DNA from: Paraspadella gotoi
Taxonomy: Eukaryota; Animalia; Chaetognatha
Assembly: GCA_051294375.1 (NCBI GenBank)
Contig: CM119271.1
Coordinates: 9,439,308 to 9,503,307, forward strand
Direction: 5' to 3'
DNA: 64,000 nucleotides
Position 1 is the first letter of the stretch. Every line of letters begins with the position of its first letter. Below the pieces are notes generated by a model that searched no databases, was not told the DNA's origin, and was given only the letters and a program-made list of their open reading frames with translations. The translations under genes and the position numbers were made by a program. Below, piece by piece: positions 26,401 through 38,800 of the stretch.

Positions 26401-29208
26401 AATATGAAAATTTACAAAATTACTTATTTCACTATTTTCTATTTTTTTTAGTCGGATCTGCTTATCAGCAGATTCTGACTCTATAATTCACTTTGTCAGT
26501 CCGTCGGTCCCACCCCAAAATATTGTCGGTAAATCATTATTATCATATCAGAACCTCGAATTACGATAAATTATGCAAAAAAATGATACCCGTCTGTCCG
26601 TCCATCCGTCCGTCCGTCTGTCTGTCCGTCCCCCCTTAGCAAAAAAATCCAATTCTCGTGATTGGGATGGATGGATTGGTATGAAATTTTGTGTGGGTAG
26701 GAAACTGTGTGATTGAGATGGATATGAAGTTTCGATGGAATCGTGCGAGTGAAATTGGTTTCATGGAAAAAACAAAAAAATCTATTTCACTATTTGAACG
26801 CCAATTGCTCATGAGTGGATAGGGCAATTGACTTGAATTTTGTATGATTGTAGGAAAGTGTGTGATTGCGCTGGATATAAAGTTTCGATGGAATCGTGCG
26901 AGTGGAAATGAGTTAAAATGAAAAAAACAAAAGTCATATTTACTTGAAGTATTTAATTTCTTAGTTTTGGATTATTTGGGTTTAGAACCATTGCGTATTA
27001 GAATAATTAAGAGGGCACATTTGCAAATGCGAGGTTTGATTGAAAAACAACCACTTTTACCTAAATACATTGAAAACATGAACGATTTTAGGGCGAGCAG
27101 AAGGGCAACATGTCCTTCGAATTTTTAAGTGAAGTACCTAATATATTTCCTTTGTAAAAATTTTTTTGTTCTGTTCTAAACTTAAGATTTAACTCTGTTT
27201 TCTTTGTATAGGATACTGTTTGTATTTGAAAAGAGTTATGAAATATTAATTACAGACTACAGTAAAAGATACGGATTTAGAAATGGATTGAAAATTCCTT
27301 TTCACCTGTTTGGTGCCGTAATACTTGTTTACGATGATAACTATTGTTCTCGTTATGCTGTGATTAATTGTAAACCTGTCTGTGATTATTTGTAACTGCG
27401 ACCCATGGCCTACCCCCGGCCCGTCTTCTTGAATAAATCTAATCTAATCTTACTTAAATTTACTCATAATTATTTTGTTTATTAAAAATTAGATAGATAA
27501 ATTGGAATGGAATTTTTTGTGTGGGTTGGAAAGTATGTGATAAAGCTGGATATAAATTTTTTGATGGAATCGTAGGAGTGGAAAAGAGTTCAAATTAGAA
27601 AACCAAAAGACACATTTATTTGAAGTTTCTCTCTCTCTCTATCTCTCTCTCTCTCTTGATTGATTGATTGATTGACCAAATTATGCCAATTGACAAAAAT
27701 ATGCAAGTTGACCAAATTATGCCAGTTGACCAAATTCTGCAAGTTGATCAAATTATGCCTGTTGATCAAATTATGCCAGTTGACCAAATTCTGCAAGTTG
27801 ACCAAATTATGCCAGTTGACACAAATTATGCCAGTTGACCAAATTCTGCAAGTTGACCAAATTAGGCCTGTTGATCAAATTATGCCAGTTGACCAAATTA
27901 TGCCAGTTGATAAAATTATGCCAATTGACCAAATTATGCCGGTTGACCAAATTATGTTAATTGACCAAATTATGTATGTCAGTTAACCAAATTATGTCAG
28001 TTAAACAAATTATGACAGTTGACCAAATTAAGTCAGTTAACCAAATTATGTCAGTTGACCAAATTATGTCAGTTGACCAAATTATGCCAGCTGACAAAAT
28101 TATGTCAGTTGACCAAATTATGCCAGTTGACCAAATAATGCAAGTTGATTAAATTATGCAATTGACCAAGTTAGCTTATTACCACTTAATTATCGAAGGC
28201 AGATCCGATATTGTTTGCTCAAACTTGTTTCTATTTTATAAAGTATGAGATTGTATGATATCGTAGAAATCGATTTTAACTTACTCTTAGGTTGGACCAT
28301 TGAACTACCATGAATTGCTCTCCAATCGATTGTCTGTTAAAATGTATAAATGCTCGTCATTTTTCTGTACAGTGTACACCCAGAAAAATATGTTTCTTTA
28401 TTATAAAAATTTAGTATTTTATTACACAATTTGGTACGCGGCAACGATAAAATGTCCACAGATTTACTCAGATTTACTCAGATTTTGCTGATATTTACTC
28501 CTGTTCAAACTCACTCGCCAGATTTTTTTGTCGTGGAAACTCGAAGCGAAATTTGCTGCTTATCTGAAGAAAAAAAAAATTAGTACATTGCTAAAATGAA
28601 ATTTATCATGGAAAAATAAAGAATAATCCCGTTAAACTTTCCAGCATTATACAGTTAACGATACTCGGGATCAAGCTGTGGTGCCATGTTGTAGGCAAAT
28701 CATTCGCAACTTCTACGCAATCGCCCGGTCTCGAACTCCAGACCTTGAGGGTTCCAAACATCAACTCACACGTTTCCCAACTGGTCAGCGGGTCTCCGCC
28801 TCTCGTCTCCTGCGTGTACGTCGGTCCGCGCGTCGATTGACTCGGACGAGATTCGTACGGTGCGGACGTCCAGCGACCGGAATCCCCGCGCGTTGGAAGC
28901 CCCATCGATTGATCGGGAACTGAGCTTCTCGCCGTCGCGTTGGCCACTGATTGGTCTTGATTGGAATCCAACGTTGTAGGATTGGCGACTGATTGGTCTT
29001 GATTGGAATCAAATGTCGAAGGATTGGCTATCGTTTGTTCTTGGTTGGAACTGAGATTCTCTATTGCTTGGTCTTGATTGGAACTCAACGTCGTTGGATC
29101 GACAATTGCTTGCTCTTGATTTGAAGCCAAGCTCGTTGGATCGACGTTTGATCGGTTGGCTGCTTGCCGCCGGCTTCCATTTTCTTCGTCCGAATTTTTA
29201 TTCTCCAT
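15078..29208 (-). CDS. White/ABCG-family ABC half-transporter, ~745 aa. Exons: 29208-28770, 26212-26153, 26074-25950, 25554-25451, 24839-24712, 23661-23507, 22674-22526, 22178-22076, 21894-21800, 20767-20578, 19726-19689, 17256-17142, 16604-16461, 16322-16294, 16118-16005, 15677-15611, 15260-15078
   Basis: Walker [14 protein letters not shown]-loop FVQQED, signature ISGGEAKR, Walker [13 protein letters not shown]-loop [20 protein letters not shown]2-type TM exons; GT-AG junctions keep frame throughout. Exon 1 is the least certain. Confidence 0.9.
17311..17941 (-). mobile_element. DINE-1/Helentron-associated-like non-autonomous element, family A copy 1 (intronic)
   Basis: T-run, palindrome AGTCGGATCTGCTTATCAGCAGATCCCGACT, (GTCC)n tract, 3' subterminal GCAGATCCGA, short hairpin and T-run; homologous to 26442-28230. 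Confidence 0.65.
18040..18346. repeat. ~105-bp tandem repeat, ~3 copies
   Basis: AATTCTGCATTGCGACTTTATCTATGTATTATGAAAAC...TTCGATGTTGGTGACAGTAATTAGT repeated. Confidence 0.85.
18386..19194. mobile_element. Non-autonomous TTAA-flanked TIR element, copy 2 (uninterrupted, intronic)
   Basis: TTAA|GAGGAAAGGTCATT ... AATGACCCTTTTCC|TTAA; homologous to 8837-9281 plus 13816-14149. Confidence 0.75.
19750..19974 (-). mobile_element. tRNA-derived SINE-like repeat
   Basis: A-box-like motif and B box GGTTCGAGCCC; homologous to four other copies. Confidence 0.75.
20270..20580. repeat. Degenerate CATCAAACTTTCCCC minisatellite with ~120-bp higher-order duplication, next to a splice donor
   Basis: Block CCCCAGAAAACATTCACCACCAAACTTGAACTCC occurs twice. 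Confidence 0.75.
21121..21352 (+). mobile_element. tRNA-derived SINE-like repeat
   Basis: 5' hairpin GGTGGA..TCCACC, tRNA-like region with A/B boxes, tail ending GTCTCTTCA. Confidence 0.75.
21534..21759 (+). mobile_element. tRNA-derived SINE-like repeat
   Basis: Near-identical to 21121-21352. Confidence 0.75.
23066..23357 (-). mobile_element. DINE-1/Helentron-associated-like element, family B
   Basis: Minus strand TTTTAGTTGCGCCGCGAGTACTCGTGGAGCAACT palindrome + CTATAAG + (CGGT)n; 3' end TGCAAC...CTTGTTT. Confidence 0.55.
23687..23870. repeat. ~75-bp tandem repeat, ~2.5 copies, next to a splice acceptor
   Basis: CACAGAGGCTCGAATTATAAGCACCACCCTGCAAA recurs at ~23687, 23761, 23836. Confidence 0.85.
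24056..24286 (+). repeat. Diverged dispersed repeat (second copy ~31363-31563, minus strand)
   Basis: Shared blocks ACACCGCCTCAC, GGCGTTGYGTTCC, CACAGTYCTAACGACTTCC, AGCCCCCAAA in the same order. Confidence 0.55.
26442..28230 (+). mobile_element. DINE-1/Helentron-associated-like element, family A copy 2, with internal minisatellite
   Basis: Same 5' palindrome and (GTCC)n tract as copy 1; 3' end GGCAGATCCGATATTGTTTGCTCAAACTTGTTT. Confidence 0.6.
27672..28170. repeat. 18-bp minisatellite GTTGACCAAATTATGCCA
   Basis: More than 20 copies; explains the PVDQIM-periodic ORFs. Confidence 0.95.
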
Positions 29209-29326
29209 TTTTCTAAACCTAAGATTTTTCTTCTTCTAATAACTCTACAATTATCTTCTAACGATAACGTTCTTCGAACAAATTCAGTGAAATGTCGAAT
29301 CACGAATTCGGACATTAATATCCATT

Positions 29327-29781
29327 AATGTCCAAAGTCAGGGGCAAGATAGCTTATTTATTAAATGAATGGATAATTTTTAAAAATCAGCTCGTTGTAT
29401 TTTGATGCTAGTGCGGAGTACAATAAGTATGATTCCCGATCTAATACTTAAGGGAGTGGTCTTTTCATACAATTAAACATTCTTTGAAATATTATACCAC
29501 TTCATTGATAGGGAAGCCAGGCACTCTGGAAGTGAATAAACAGACTGTGAGAGAGTCTTGATTGAAAGCTTGCAGGGACCTGCTATGTCATTATCTTGTA
29601 AGAGTGATGGAGGCTTTAAACACCAAAGCCTGTCCAAAGTCAGGGGCAAGATAGCTTATTTATTAAATGAATGGATAATTTTTATATTGGTTGTAACCAA
29701 TTTTCAATAAAATTCAGTTTCCTTGTATTTTGATGCTATAGTCGGAGTACAATAAAGTATTCCCCGATCTAATACTTAAGG
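29327..29781 (+). repeat. ~320-bp tandem/dispersed repeat family (also ~37325-37520, ~40911-41490, ~49475-49665 inverted)
   Basis: AAGGGAGTGGTCTTTTCATACAATT...TGTCCAAAGTCAGGGGCAAGATAGCTTATTTA in head-to-tail partial multimers. Confidence 0.8.
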
Positions 29782-32700
29782 GGACCCAGTAAAAATGGAT
29801 AATCATAAGCTTAAGGGTCTATCATTAAAGGAATTTGAATGGTGATAGTCATTAATTTTCTTCCGCGGAAATGGAGAAAAAATTGCCATCTCCCTTGTTT
29901 AAGAGAAACATTCGTTTCGGGTCGAGGCGGGGATCGAAGATTCGCGAGTTTTCATGCTTTTTTTTTGGTCAGCCGCAGTTTTCCAATCAAGAAAACCAAA
30001 TAAAATATTAAAATGTGATTAATTACGAAAGCGGGGCGTCTTGGGAAGCCAATGCCGTGGAGCAATTTTTAAAAAAATTCGGTCACTTGAATAGGTAACA
30101 TGGACCCAAAGTGGGACTGGTTTAACGGAGTTTTTAAGATTCCGTACTTGGACTTTAAATCGTTCCTCCTAGACTATAATTAAATAAATGGGTATGGTAC
30201 ACAAGAGATAGACTCTTGTCTTGGCTAGACAGGGTACTTTCCTTTTTTTTAATTTTTATCAAAGCTGCTTGTTTAATTTAACAATCCAATTACTGGTTTT
30301 TGGGCTTATTTCCACGAATCGCCGTCCTTAAATAATTTTTCTTTTAAAACTGACCGAAGAGATCAATTGTGCGTTGTCAATTTGTTTCGGTGGAGCAATC
30401 GTGAGCAATCGTGTTTTTTAAATGTAAGATTAAATCCATGGCTTGTTTATCTGGGATTCTTACACGGCCTCTGAATGCGCATAACTTACGTTAGCCCAAG
30501 CACCAAAAACGAGAGCCTGGCACTTCCTCGAGCCAGCCTGCGGTTCACGAATCAATGTTTTTGAATGACTCGCGTATTTAATAAACATTATTCCCGCCGG
30601 ATTTTTTCCTTTTTTTACGAAAAATTAGAATGAAAAGTTACAGATTTTTACGTTAAATAATTACATTTAATTGTTATGTTTTTTAAAAATTGGAAATTTT
30701 TAACTTTGGCGCTTTCGAGACCCGAGTTCATGACATCGATGGAGTTTGCAAAAAACCTTCAACTATTTGGCCCAAAAGTTAACAGGCTCGTATAGTCCGT
30801 TCGAATCAGCGATATGGATAAAAGATTCCTCTCAATGCTCATTGGCCGAGCGGACAGAAATAGACGAATTACAACAATGACTAAGAAAATAGCGCTCTTA
30901 AATATTTTACATTCGTCGCTCGTGATCGCATTCTGGGCAATGCCGCAGTTGGCATTCCTGGAGATTAATATGCTCAGAGGTCTCCGGGAAAACGAAAGAG
31001 CAAGGTTTTTCTTAATGACATTAACGTAAAGAAGGAACAAATCAAACGGACGAAGAAATTTTTGAAAGGAAAAAATTAAAGGAGCTTGAAATTTTTATAA
31101 TTTTTAAATATTTGTTATTATTAATTATATGTTATTTGGTATTTATATTAAACCTGATTAATATGTACGTAACTTTTGATAAAAGTTAAAATTAAGAAGG
31201 AATAATTAAAATAAGTTAAGAAGTAAGGTAATTTAGGTTAAAAATAAATTAAGGGGGGTAAATTAGGTTAGGGGTAAAAATAGTTAGGGTTAAAGATAGA
31301 ATAAAGGGTTAGAGTAATTTAGGGTAATTAAGGTTAGGGGTAAGTTTAAAAATTAACTTTTATGGCTAACAGCTCAAGTTGCCTGTATGCCCACTGTAAA
31401 GTTTGGGGGGCTTCCGACCCTTATGCCTAGTGCCGCCGCCTGTCAATGCGCGCTTCACCTCGGCATGGTCTCCGCTTTGGGCAACGCAGAGGAAGTCGTT
31501 AGAACTGTGTGGGAACGCAACGCCAATAGGATTGGCTGAACAATGATGGAGTGAGGCGGTGTAAAATAATTTAAATATAATTTCAAAAAGTAATAATATA
31601 TTAAATTTATAAAAAGAAAGTAAATAATTTTTTTTTAAAATTTGAAAAAGAAATTTAAAAAAGAATCCACAAGAAATCTTATCGCCATGTAAGTTTATCT
31701 GAATAAATTCAGCGTTATTTAAGATCATTGTTAAGGGTCTTATACTTTTCTTTTCTTTTTTGTAAAGAAACTAACTTTGTTTTTCATGTTCTTTTCTCTC
31801 ATTTTCCCATAAGCCTTCACGAGCTTATAAAATTCAACATCGACCCTCGGCTTTCCTCGTCAAACCTGCCTTGACTTCCTCTGTCTCTCCAAGTTGGTCA
31901 TGGCCTCCGCTAAAACGCTTTTGACTTTGGCCATCTTTGCAAGCTCCCGACTTTTGGACAAACGACGATCCTGTTCATCAGCGGCTGAGTCCCAACGGCG
32001 TCAATAATGTAATCGGTTCCTTGATGAAGTATTCATACCACGGTAATCCGAGTATTTCTTTCTCGACCTGCCAAATTTGTCCCGACGGTGCGTTGCCGCC
32101 GATCCAGACGCGCTGCTTCAAGACCTGCGTTGTGAGATGGATGCCCCTACAGCCGGTCGACGGGACACACTACGATTGCCCGTTCGAGATCGTCTCTCTG
32201 TACAAAATTATTCTGCTCGACTTCGCGGGCCGCCTCAAATCTTTCGTTGAATGACGGGGAACGGGGCCCTGACCGTCCCCAGGCGCCTCCGAGATGCCGC
32301 CGGCCGCGACAACTGACGCTATAAGCAGTAAGGCGTAGTGAAATACAGATCAAAAATTCGAAAAGTTGACCATTGAAGTCTTGTACTGAAGAAAACATTG
32401 CTATCTAAAAATATTTTTATTTAATTTCTTAATTTTTGATTAGCCCATATTTATAGTAATTATTTAATACATAATTACTCACATAGAAAATGTAAAAATT
32501 TTAAAAATAGTTTTTCTTAAAGTTTTGAAAGCAGAATTCGAATTCCTCATAAAGTTAAATGAAAGAAGATATAAGTCTTAATCCAAAATTTTTTCATTAA
32601 TTTGCTAAAAAAAAATTTTAAAAAAACTATATTTTTTATACTAAAATTAAATTATAATCTACTACCATGAGAAAAAAAAATGGTTGCGTTTTTGGAAAAG

Positions 32701-34096
32701 TCGGTTAATTTTAAATATATTTTTTAATATATATTATGACTTCTTTAGGACTGAATAAAAATAACAGCATAACATTTAATGCATACAAATACTTCCAAAA
32801 AAAGATTGTCTTTTTTTCTCTTCTTTTTTGATCAGAGGACTACTCTATTCATTGTTAATTAATCTAATTATTTTTAATATAATATTTTTTTCAATTTTGC
32901 AAAAATAGTCTTTGCAACAGTGGAAAAAGATTAATCCCCCTTATAAAGTAAACAAGCTTGGGTGTTACTTGTATAATGTAATAATGTACTTTTTAAAAAA
33001 ATCTTTTTTTTCGGTCTCGTTTGATACTTGGTTCTGAATAATACATCATAGTTCTTAATAAAAAAAATTGATAACTTTCAGAGAAAGATAATGAAGCTTT
33101 AGAAAACTTATATTGATATTTTAAATTAGAGCTAGTTTGAATAGTTTCACAACGATTTTAATTATTATTAACGGGACATGTTTCCAACTTTATTGCAAGT
33201 CACTAGTGCTCACTTTTTAAATTTTTTACCTTTATGTTGGTCATAATATTTTATTACCTCCAAATTAGTAATTTAAATCTTTTTTTTCAAAATTTTGTAC
33301 TCTCTTAATTCTGTAAGTTCCAAAGTTTAATACTTCAAAATAGATTCATAGGAACTATTTTGTAAAATTTTGAACTAAGTAGAAAACAAGGAAGAAGAGA
33401 GAAGGAGGCCGAGATTTTAGAGCATCCATTTTTAGATCTCAAAGGATTAAGAACCGTTTTCATTCTCCTGAAACTTTAGTAAAATCAACTCCTTCAATTA
33501 CAATCAATTTCAAGTAACTCGAAAACAGACTAGTCAAAAAATGTACCACCTACTTCTCTATTTCAAATCTTTGAGGGTCACAGGTCACAACCAAATCAAA
33601 AACTTAGTAAATTAAAAGGTATATTCATACTAAATGTAGCATTTTGCCCTGCTCTTGAAATTGGTATAGATTTATTGGTTGTTAATGCTTAGTGCTTATA
33701 CTTTTCAAAACAATGAGGTTTTTTTTTTATAAACGTCGTCTGATTTTAATTAAAAAAATTATAATAATATAAATCTAAAAATTTTATGATATGGTTACAT
33801 AAAATACTATTTTTTAATTCTTTAAATCTGTAGCAGTTTTGTTTTCGTCATTTAACAATAATAATACTATTGATCTAATGCTTAACTTTTAAATACTCCT
33901 TAATTTACATGTTTTAGCTTTCAGTGTATTTGATATAATTTCATTTTAAAGAGTGAAAAATGCTACATGTTCATCACAATATTATTTTCGCTTAGTTTTA
34001 AGTACTTTTTATCTTTAGTAAAAATTGTAAAATTACATTTATAAAGTTTCAAATTTGATCTCTTAATAGACAGTCACTAAAATAAAGAGACTTATG

Positions 34097-34292
34097 TGGA
34101 CTTAAATCCACCAATAACCGTTATCAGGCGGCCATTGGTTGCCAGAGCAAGTCATTTCGTCCTCCCAACCCAAAAGTAAGGGTCCTAGCCTAGTGGCGCC
34201 TACAGTTAAGAGGGATGGGCGCTTAACCGCCTGTAAACTGCTTATATTGAACGGTTTCTGTCACTAACAAACAATTAATCACTGTCTCTTCA
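34097..34292 (+). mobile_element. tRNA-derived SINE-like repeat (degraded)
   Basis: Homologous to 21121-21352 with many indels. Confidence 0.65.
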
Positions 34293-35654
34293 ACTTATTA
34301 CAAATATGTTGTATTATATATCGATATAAAATGAAAAACCGAGACATACAAAACCGATTTATAATTAATTTTAATTTAACGGCTCATAGCTAATAGATAT
34401 ACTGTACAAATGTTACAAACGAGAAAAATCATAAATGTATTTTTAATTCCATTCTTTTTTTTTTTAAATCAGAAAATTAGATTTCATCGCTGAATCAATT
34501 TTATAGAGTGATGCAATAACTATTTTATATGAGACTGAGAAAAGGAAGGGATTTTAAAAAATAAAAAAAAGAAACTGGAAATTAGTATTAAATAAAAAAC
34601 CGTTAGAAATAAAAAAAGAAATATTTTTTTGGAACAACGAATTTTTTTTTGGCATGGTGTTAACACCAGTCATGACCAGAACACGGCCGTGGCCGTGGAC
34701 TACGCCGACGAGTTAATAATCTGTTCTGCCTCGCCCGTTTCCCGCGAAGATTCGATGCGAAAGTGAAGAATATCGCCGATAATTTTTAAAATATTAGCTT
34801 CAACCATTTTTCATTTTCTTCCTTAGCCAAACTTTAATTTTGACCGTACATAAACTGTCCTCCCGTGTTTGGGCATACCTTTTCTGGTTATTTGTCCGTC
34901 TTTTGTCGATCTTAATTGTCGTACGATATGTCGTAATTTGGCGAGACAAAGATAATTATCATTCGTTTTTTGAACAATCTCCACGAAGCATTACCCGTCC
35001 TCAACTACAAGTTTAACGGGATTTTGGACGTTAATACAAATAGTTTTCTAAACCTTTCATCGCCAACTTTAACAAGTTTAAATCAATTGAAATTTCTTTA
35101 ATATTCAGTAAGATTCATAAAAGCTACGTTTAAAAACTGCAAGGGACGGCCGACGCCTCAAAACGCTAGCTATCGCGAGCATGAAATAAGCTATTTCAAC
35201 AATTATATTTAAAGTATAAGAGTCCAAGAGAGAGAGAAAAATGCCTCTCCAAAACCTGCGGACTTAAACGCTTTAACATAGCGTTGTGGTTTAAATCTCG
35301 TTTTTTTTAAAGTCATTTTAAAGTCATGTTTTAACTTTTAAGTCTCGGAAATTAAAACTCGTCACATTGCCAATTTTTAGTTTTTGATAATAAACTTACC
35401 AACCCTTTCAAAAATCATACGTCCTTTCGATTAAAGACTAAAGTCATGCCATAGTGACAAAGTACAGCAAATCGAGAGAGGCAACGAAACACATGGAAAT
35501 AGTTCTTGTATTTTTGTCGTAAAATAAATAAAAAACAGCTTATATAATAACAAAAGGCCAAAGTTTTTTATAATTTAAATTTTAATTTTCGATTCTGACC
35601 ATTAAAATGCCAAAAAAGAGAAAGGAAAGTAATCGCTGTCAATTTAATTTTCCA

Positions 35655-35884
35655 TTGAAGAGACAGTAAATACTAATTTATTGTGTTAATGACAAGAACC
35701 GTTCAATATAAACAGTCCCATGTAGCTTCGGATCAGGGCTTAAACACCATGTTGCAGGCGGGTTTAAAGCGCCCCGTGCCTCTTAACCACGGGCTAGAAC
35801 CCCGGAGCTTGGGTTGGAAGGCGAAATGACTTGCCTCCGGCACCAATGGCCGCTGATGAACGGTTGGTGGATTTTAGTCCACCA
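35655..35884 (-). mobile_element. tRNA-derived SINE-like repeat
   Basis: Reverse complement of the same family. Confidence 0.7.
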
Positions 35885-38800
35885 TCATCGTGTAAAACGT
35901 TTTTTTTAGGATTTTGACCCACTTATAATAAATTTTTAAAAAAAATAATAATTTCTGAGGAATTAGAAACTGCTTTCAAAAAACAAGAAAACACATTTTA
36001 AAATTTTGACATTTTTTAATGGTAACAATATATAATAATTTTAAAATTTTTTATTCGAATTTAGTCAACCTTGATTTTATATTTTTGCTACACTTTAGAC
36101 ACAGCTTGCAGTCGATGATAAATCCAGGCACCCGCTTAATCACGGATCCTGAAATCCCAACTCTTCAACAATACACGAGGCCGACATTTTGGATCAGTGA
36201 CACGGACAAAAGATTTCCGTTTCAAAACACTCATGGCTGAGCCGACAAGAATTAGGCAACCAACATTTACATTCGTTGGTGATATCTAAATACTGAATAA
36301 TAAACGATGTTTTATGAGAAAGTACCCTTTTAGTACTATGATATGTCATGATCAAAACTATTTTAAAACTTATATTACTGTTAAATTAAAAAAATTTGTT
36401 ATCAAACTTAATTTTTTTAATCTTTATGATTTTATATGGTCAACAAAAAGAAGTGACCATGGAACGGGAGACATGTGGTGATGCCCGGGAATGTGAGGCA
36501 TCCCCGACAGCTGCGAAATCAGGGCTTTGGACTGCAGTGCACCACCGCCTTTCACTTGCGCGCTTATGCCGACACCTGACCACTTTAAACCAGCGACCTG
36601 AGGGATCGAACCCGGACTCACGAACTGAGTTTCACCAAGAATATGGCGGTGAGGCGAATTTATGATCGCCACAGAGCAAGTGATATTTTTTAGCAACTAG
36701 CGACTTTATTAGGGAAATAGTTTTGCGGACTTGATGCTGGATTAGAGTTATAATAATTTATTTATTAATTAATTATGATTAATTAACTTTAATTTATGCC
36801 TATAAGATATTCTGCATTATTTTTTTCAAAACTTTATATTTATATATAATAGGGAAGGCGTAATTTTTTAAAAAAAATTATTTGGCCTTTGGGACCTTAT
36901 TAAATATTATTCTCTATTCATGGTAATAATTTTTATAATTAAATAATGATAAATTCTAATTTGTATAATTTTTAAATCAAATTTAATTGTTCATAATAAT
37001 AATAGAAAAAAAGATTTTTTATATAATAAATAGAAAAATTTTGAAATAATTTTTTGGGAATTGTGCAATTGTATGAAGTTTTTCATAAAATTATTTAAAT
37101 CCAAATTTATATTATTTTTTCAATTAAATGATATTGTAGCATTAATAATTTACTATAATCACATCAAAATTTTTTTTTTGGTGACTTTTGTAGCATTTTG
37201 GAAATCACTTAGGTAACTTTACTAATTCGACCGACCGCAACCAACTTTAAGGTCAGCGTCCTTGGTTGTTAAAGCCATTTAAATATTTGTTTCCTTCAAT
37301 TGCCGAGTCTCCAGTGACAATAATATAACATCTGAAAACATTTACTACACTTCGTTGATGGGAATCAGGTCTCTGGGAGTGAACATAAACGAGACTGTTA
37401 AGAGAGAGCCTTGATTGAAAGCTTGCAGCGACCTGCCTATGTCATATCTTGCTAAGAGTGGACATGGGGCCTTAAACCACCAAATGAGTCCTGTCCGAAA
37501 GTTTAGGGGCAAGATAACTTTAAATTGTTGTACTAATTTTAATTTCTTAAGATTATTATTTAAGGATTTGGGGCAATCCAGTCATCCATGCCCTCTGGAT
37601 GTCCAGTGTTATATTTCATGTATTATTTATTAAAAGAATGCAAAGAATCAGAAAAAGTTTTTTCATATTCAGCTTTGTGGAGAGTACTTCTGGCCACGAA
37701 AGGGACTTCTGGAGTTTAGCGCGCCTCTGAGAGCTTTCGCGAGCCCGGTTCTTTGTCAGAGCCATCCAGGCGTGGCGGGTGGCGATGGCGGCCGAGCTAG
37801 AGGTCCGGTGGAAGGAACCAACTTAGCGCGAGAGATCTCTTCTTCTCTGAGCTCCCGGATGCTGCTGATGATAGACTAAGTGAACGCCTCAAGAGGAGTC
37901 GATGGTGACCGGTGAGTCCGTTCCTCTAAACCATTTCCACAAGATTCATATGGCGTCCAACGTTCCACTGGACTCACGGGGCTACGGCCAGAGAGGTCTG
38001 GGCGGCGCCAATGCCAGACGAGTTTGGGGCAAAACGTCCGTGTCCATCCAATCACTAATTAAATTTTAATGAGTAATAATATCACTTCATTTCTATTATA
38101 CAATTCGTTCCTATATCAACGTTTTCATTTTTCCGTAGTCAGCCTCCGTATTTCCGTTATTTTCTATAGGTCCGGAACGAAGGATTTCAGCTTTACCGTC
38201 GATTCCGTCGGACTAATGATTAAAGTACTACGTAGTCAAATCTTATGTTAACCACTTTTTCGGCTCGTTGAGCCGGCGAAAGTTGATCCCTCGGAAGGCG
38301 CTATTTTTTCGTGTTTTTTGCCCATAAACTTTTTGAACGCCTGGACCGATTTTAATAATTTATTTCAGTAAACTAGACGTAATTTCCACGTCGAATCGGT
38401 ACCAAATTATCGAAATCGAGCCACAAGGAAAAAAGACGAATGTTTTCTCTACCTGTTGGCAATTGGAACAAGGACGAATATTTATTAGAAAATGTTTTTA
38501 ATTGATCTCCCCCTAAATACTGATACCCTCCATTCTCTTACTTCACTTGGAAAGTCATTTTTCCAAATGAATTTCAAATTTTTATTTTTTAATGAGAAAG
38601 CTGAATTCTTGCGTCTGGGCCTCCTTTAATAAAGGAAATTTTAAATGTGGTATTAATTTTCAGATAACGCACAGGAAAGTAAGAAAAAAAACCAAATCCC
38701 TCTTAAAATTCAAAACAAGATGTTATTTTCAATTTGGTAAAAACATTTTCTGACCCGAAATATCTTTCGGTTCCTTGACTCTTGTCAACAGTGGAAGTTT

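Noticed and set aside
27590-28152. Periodic PVDQIM / LTKLCQ ORFs
   Set aside because: Translation of an 18-bp intronic minisatellite, open in several frames
31475-31500. HDV-ribozyme-like string CGGCATGGTC..TGGGCAAC (~31461-31486)
   Set aside because: Could not build the nested pseudoknot; lies within a diverged dispersed repeat
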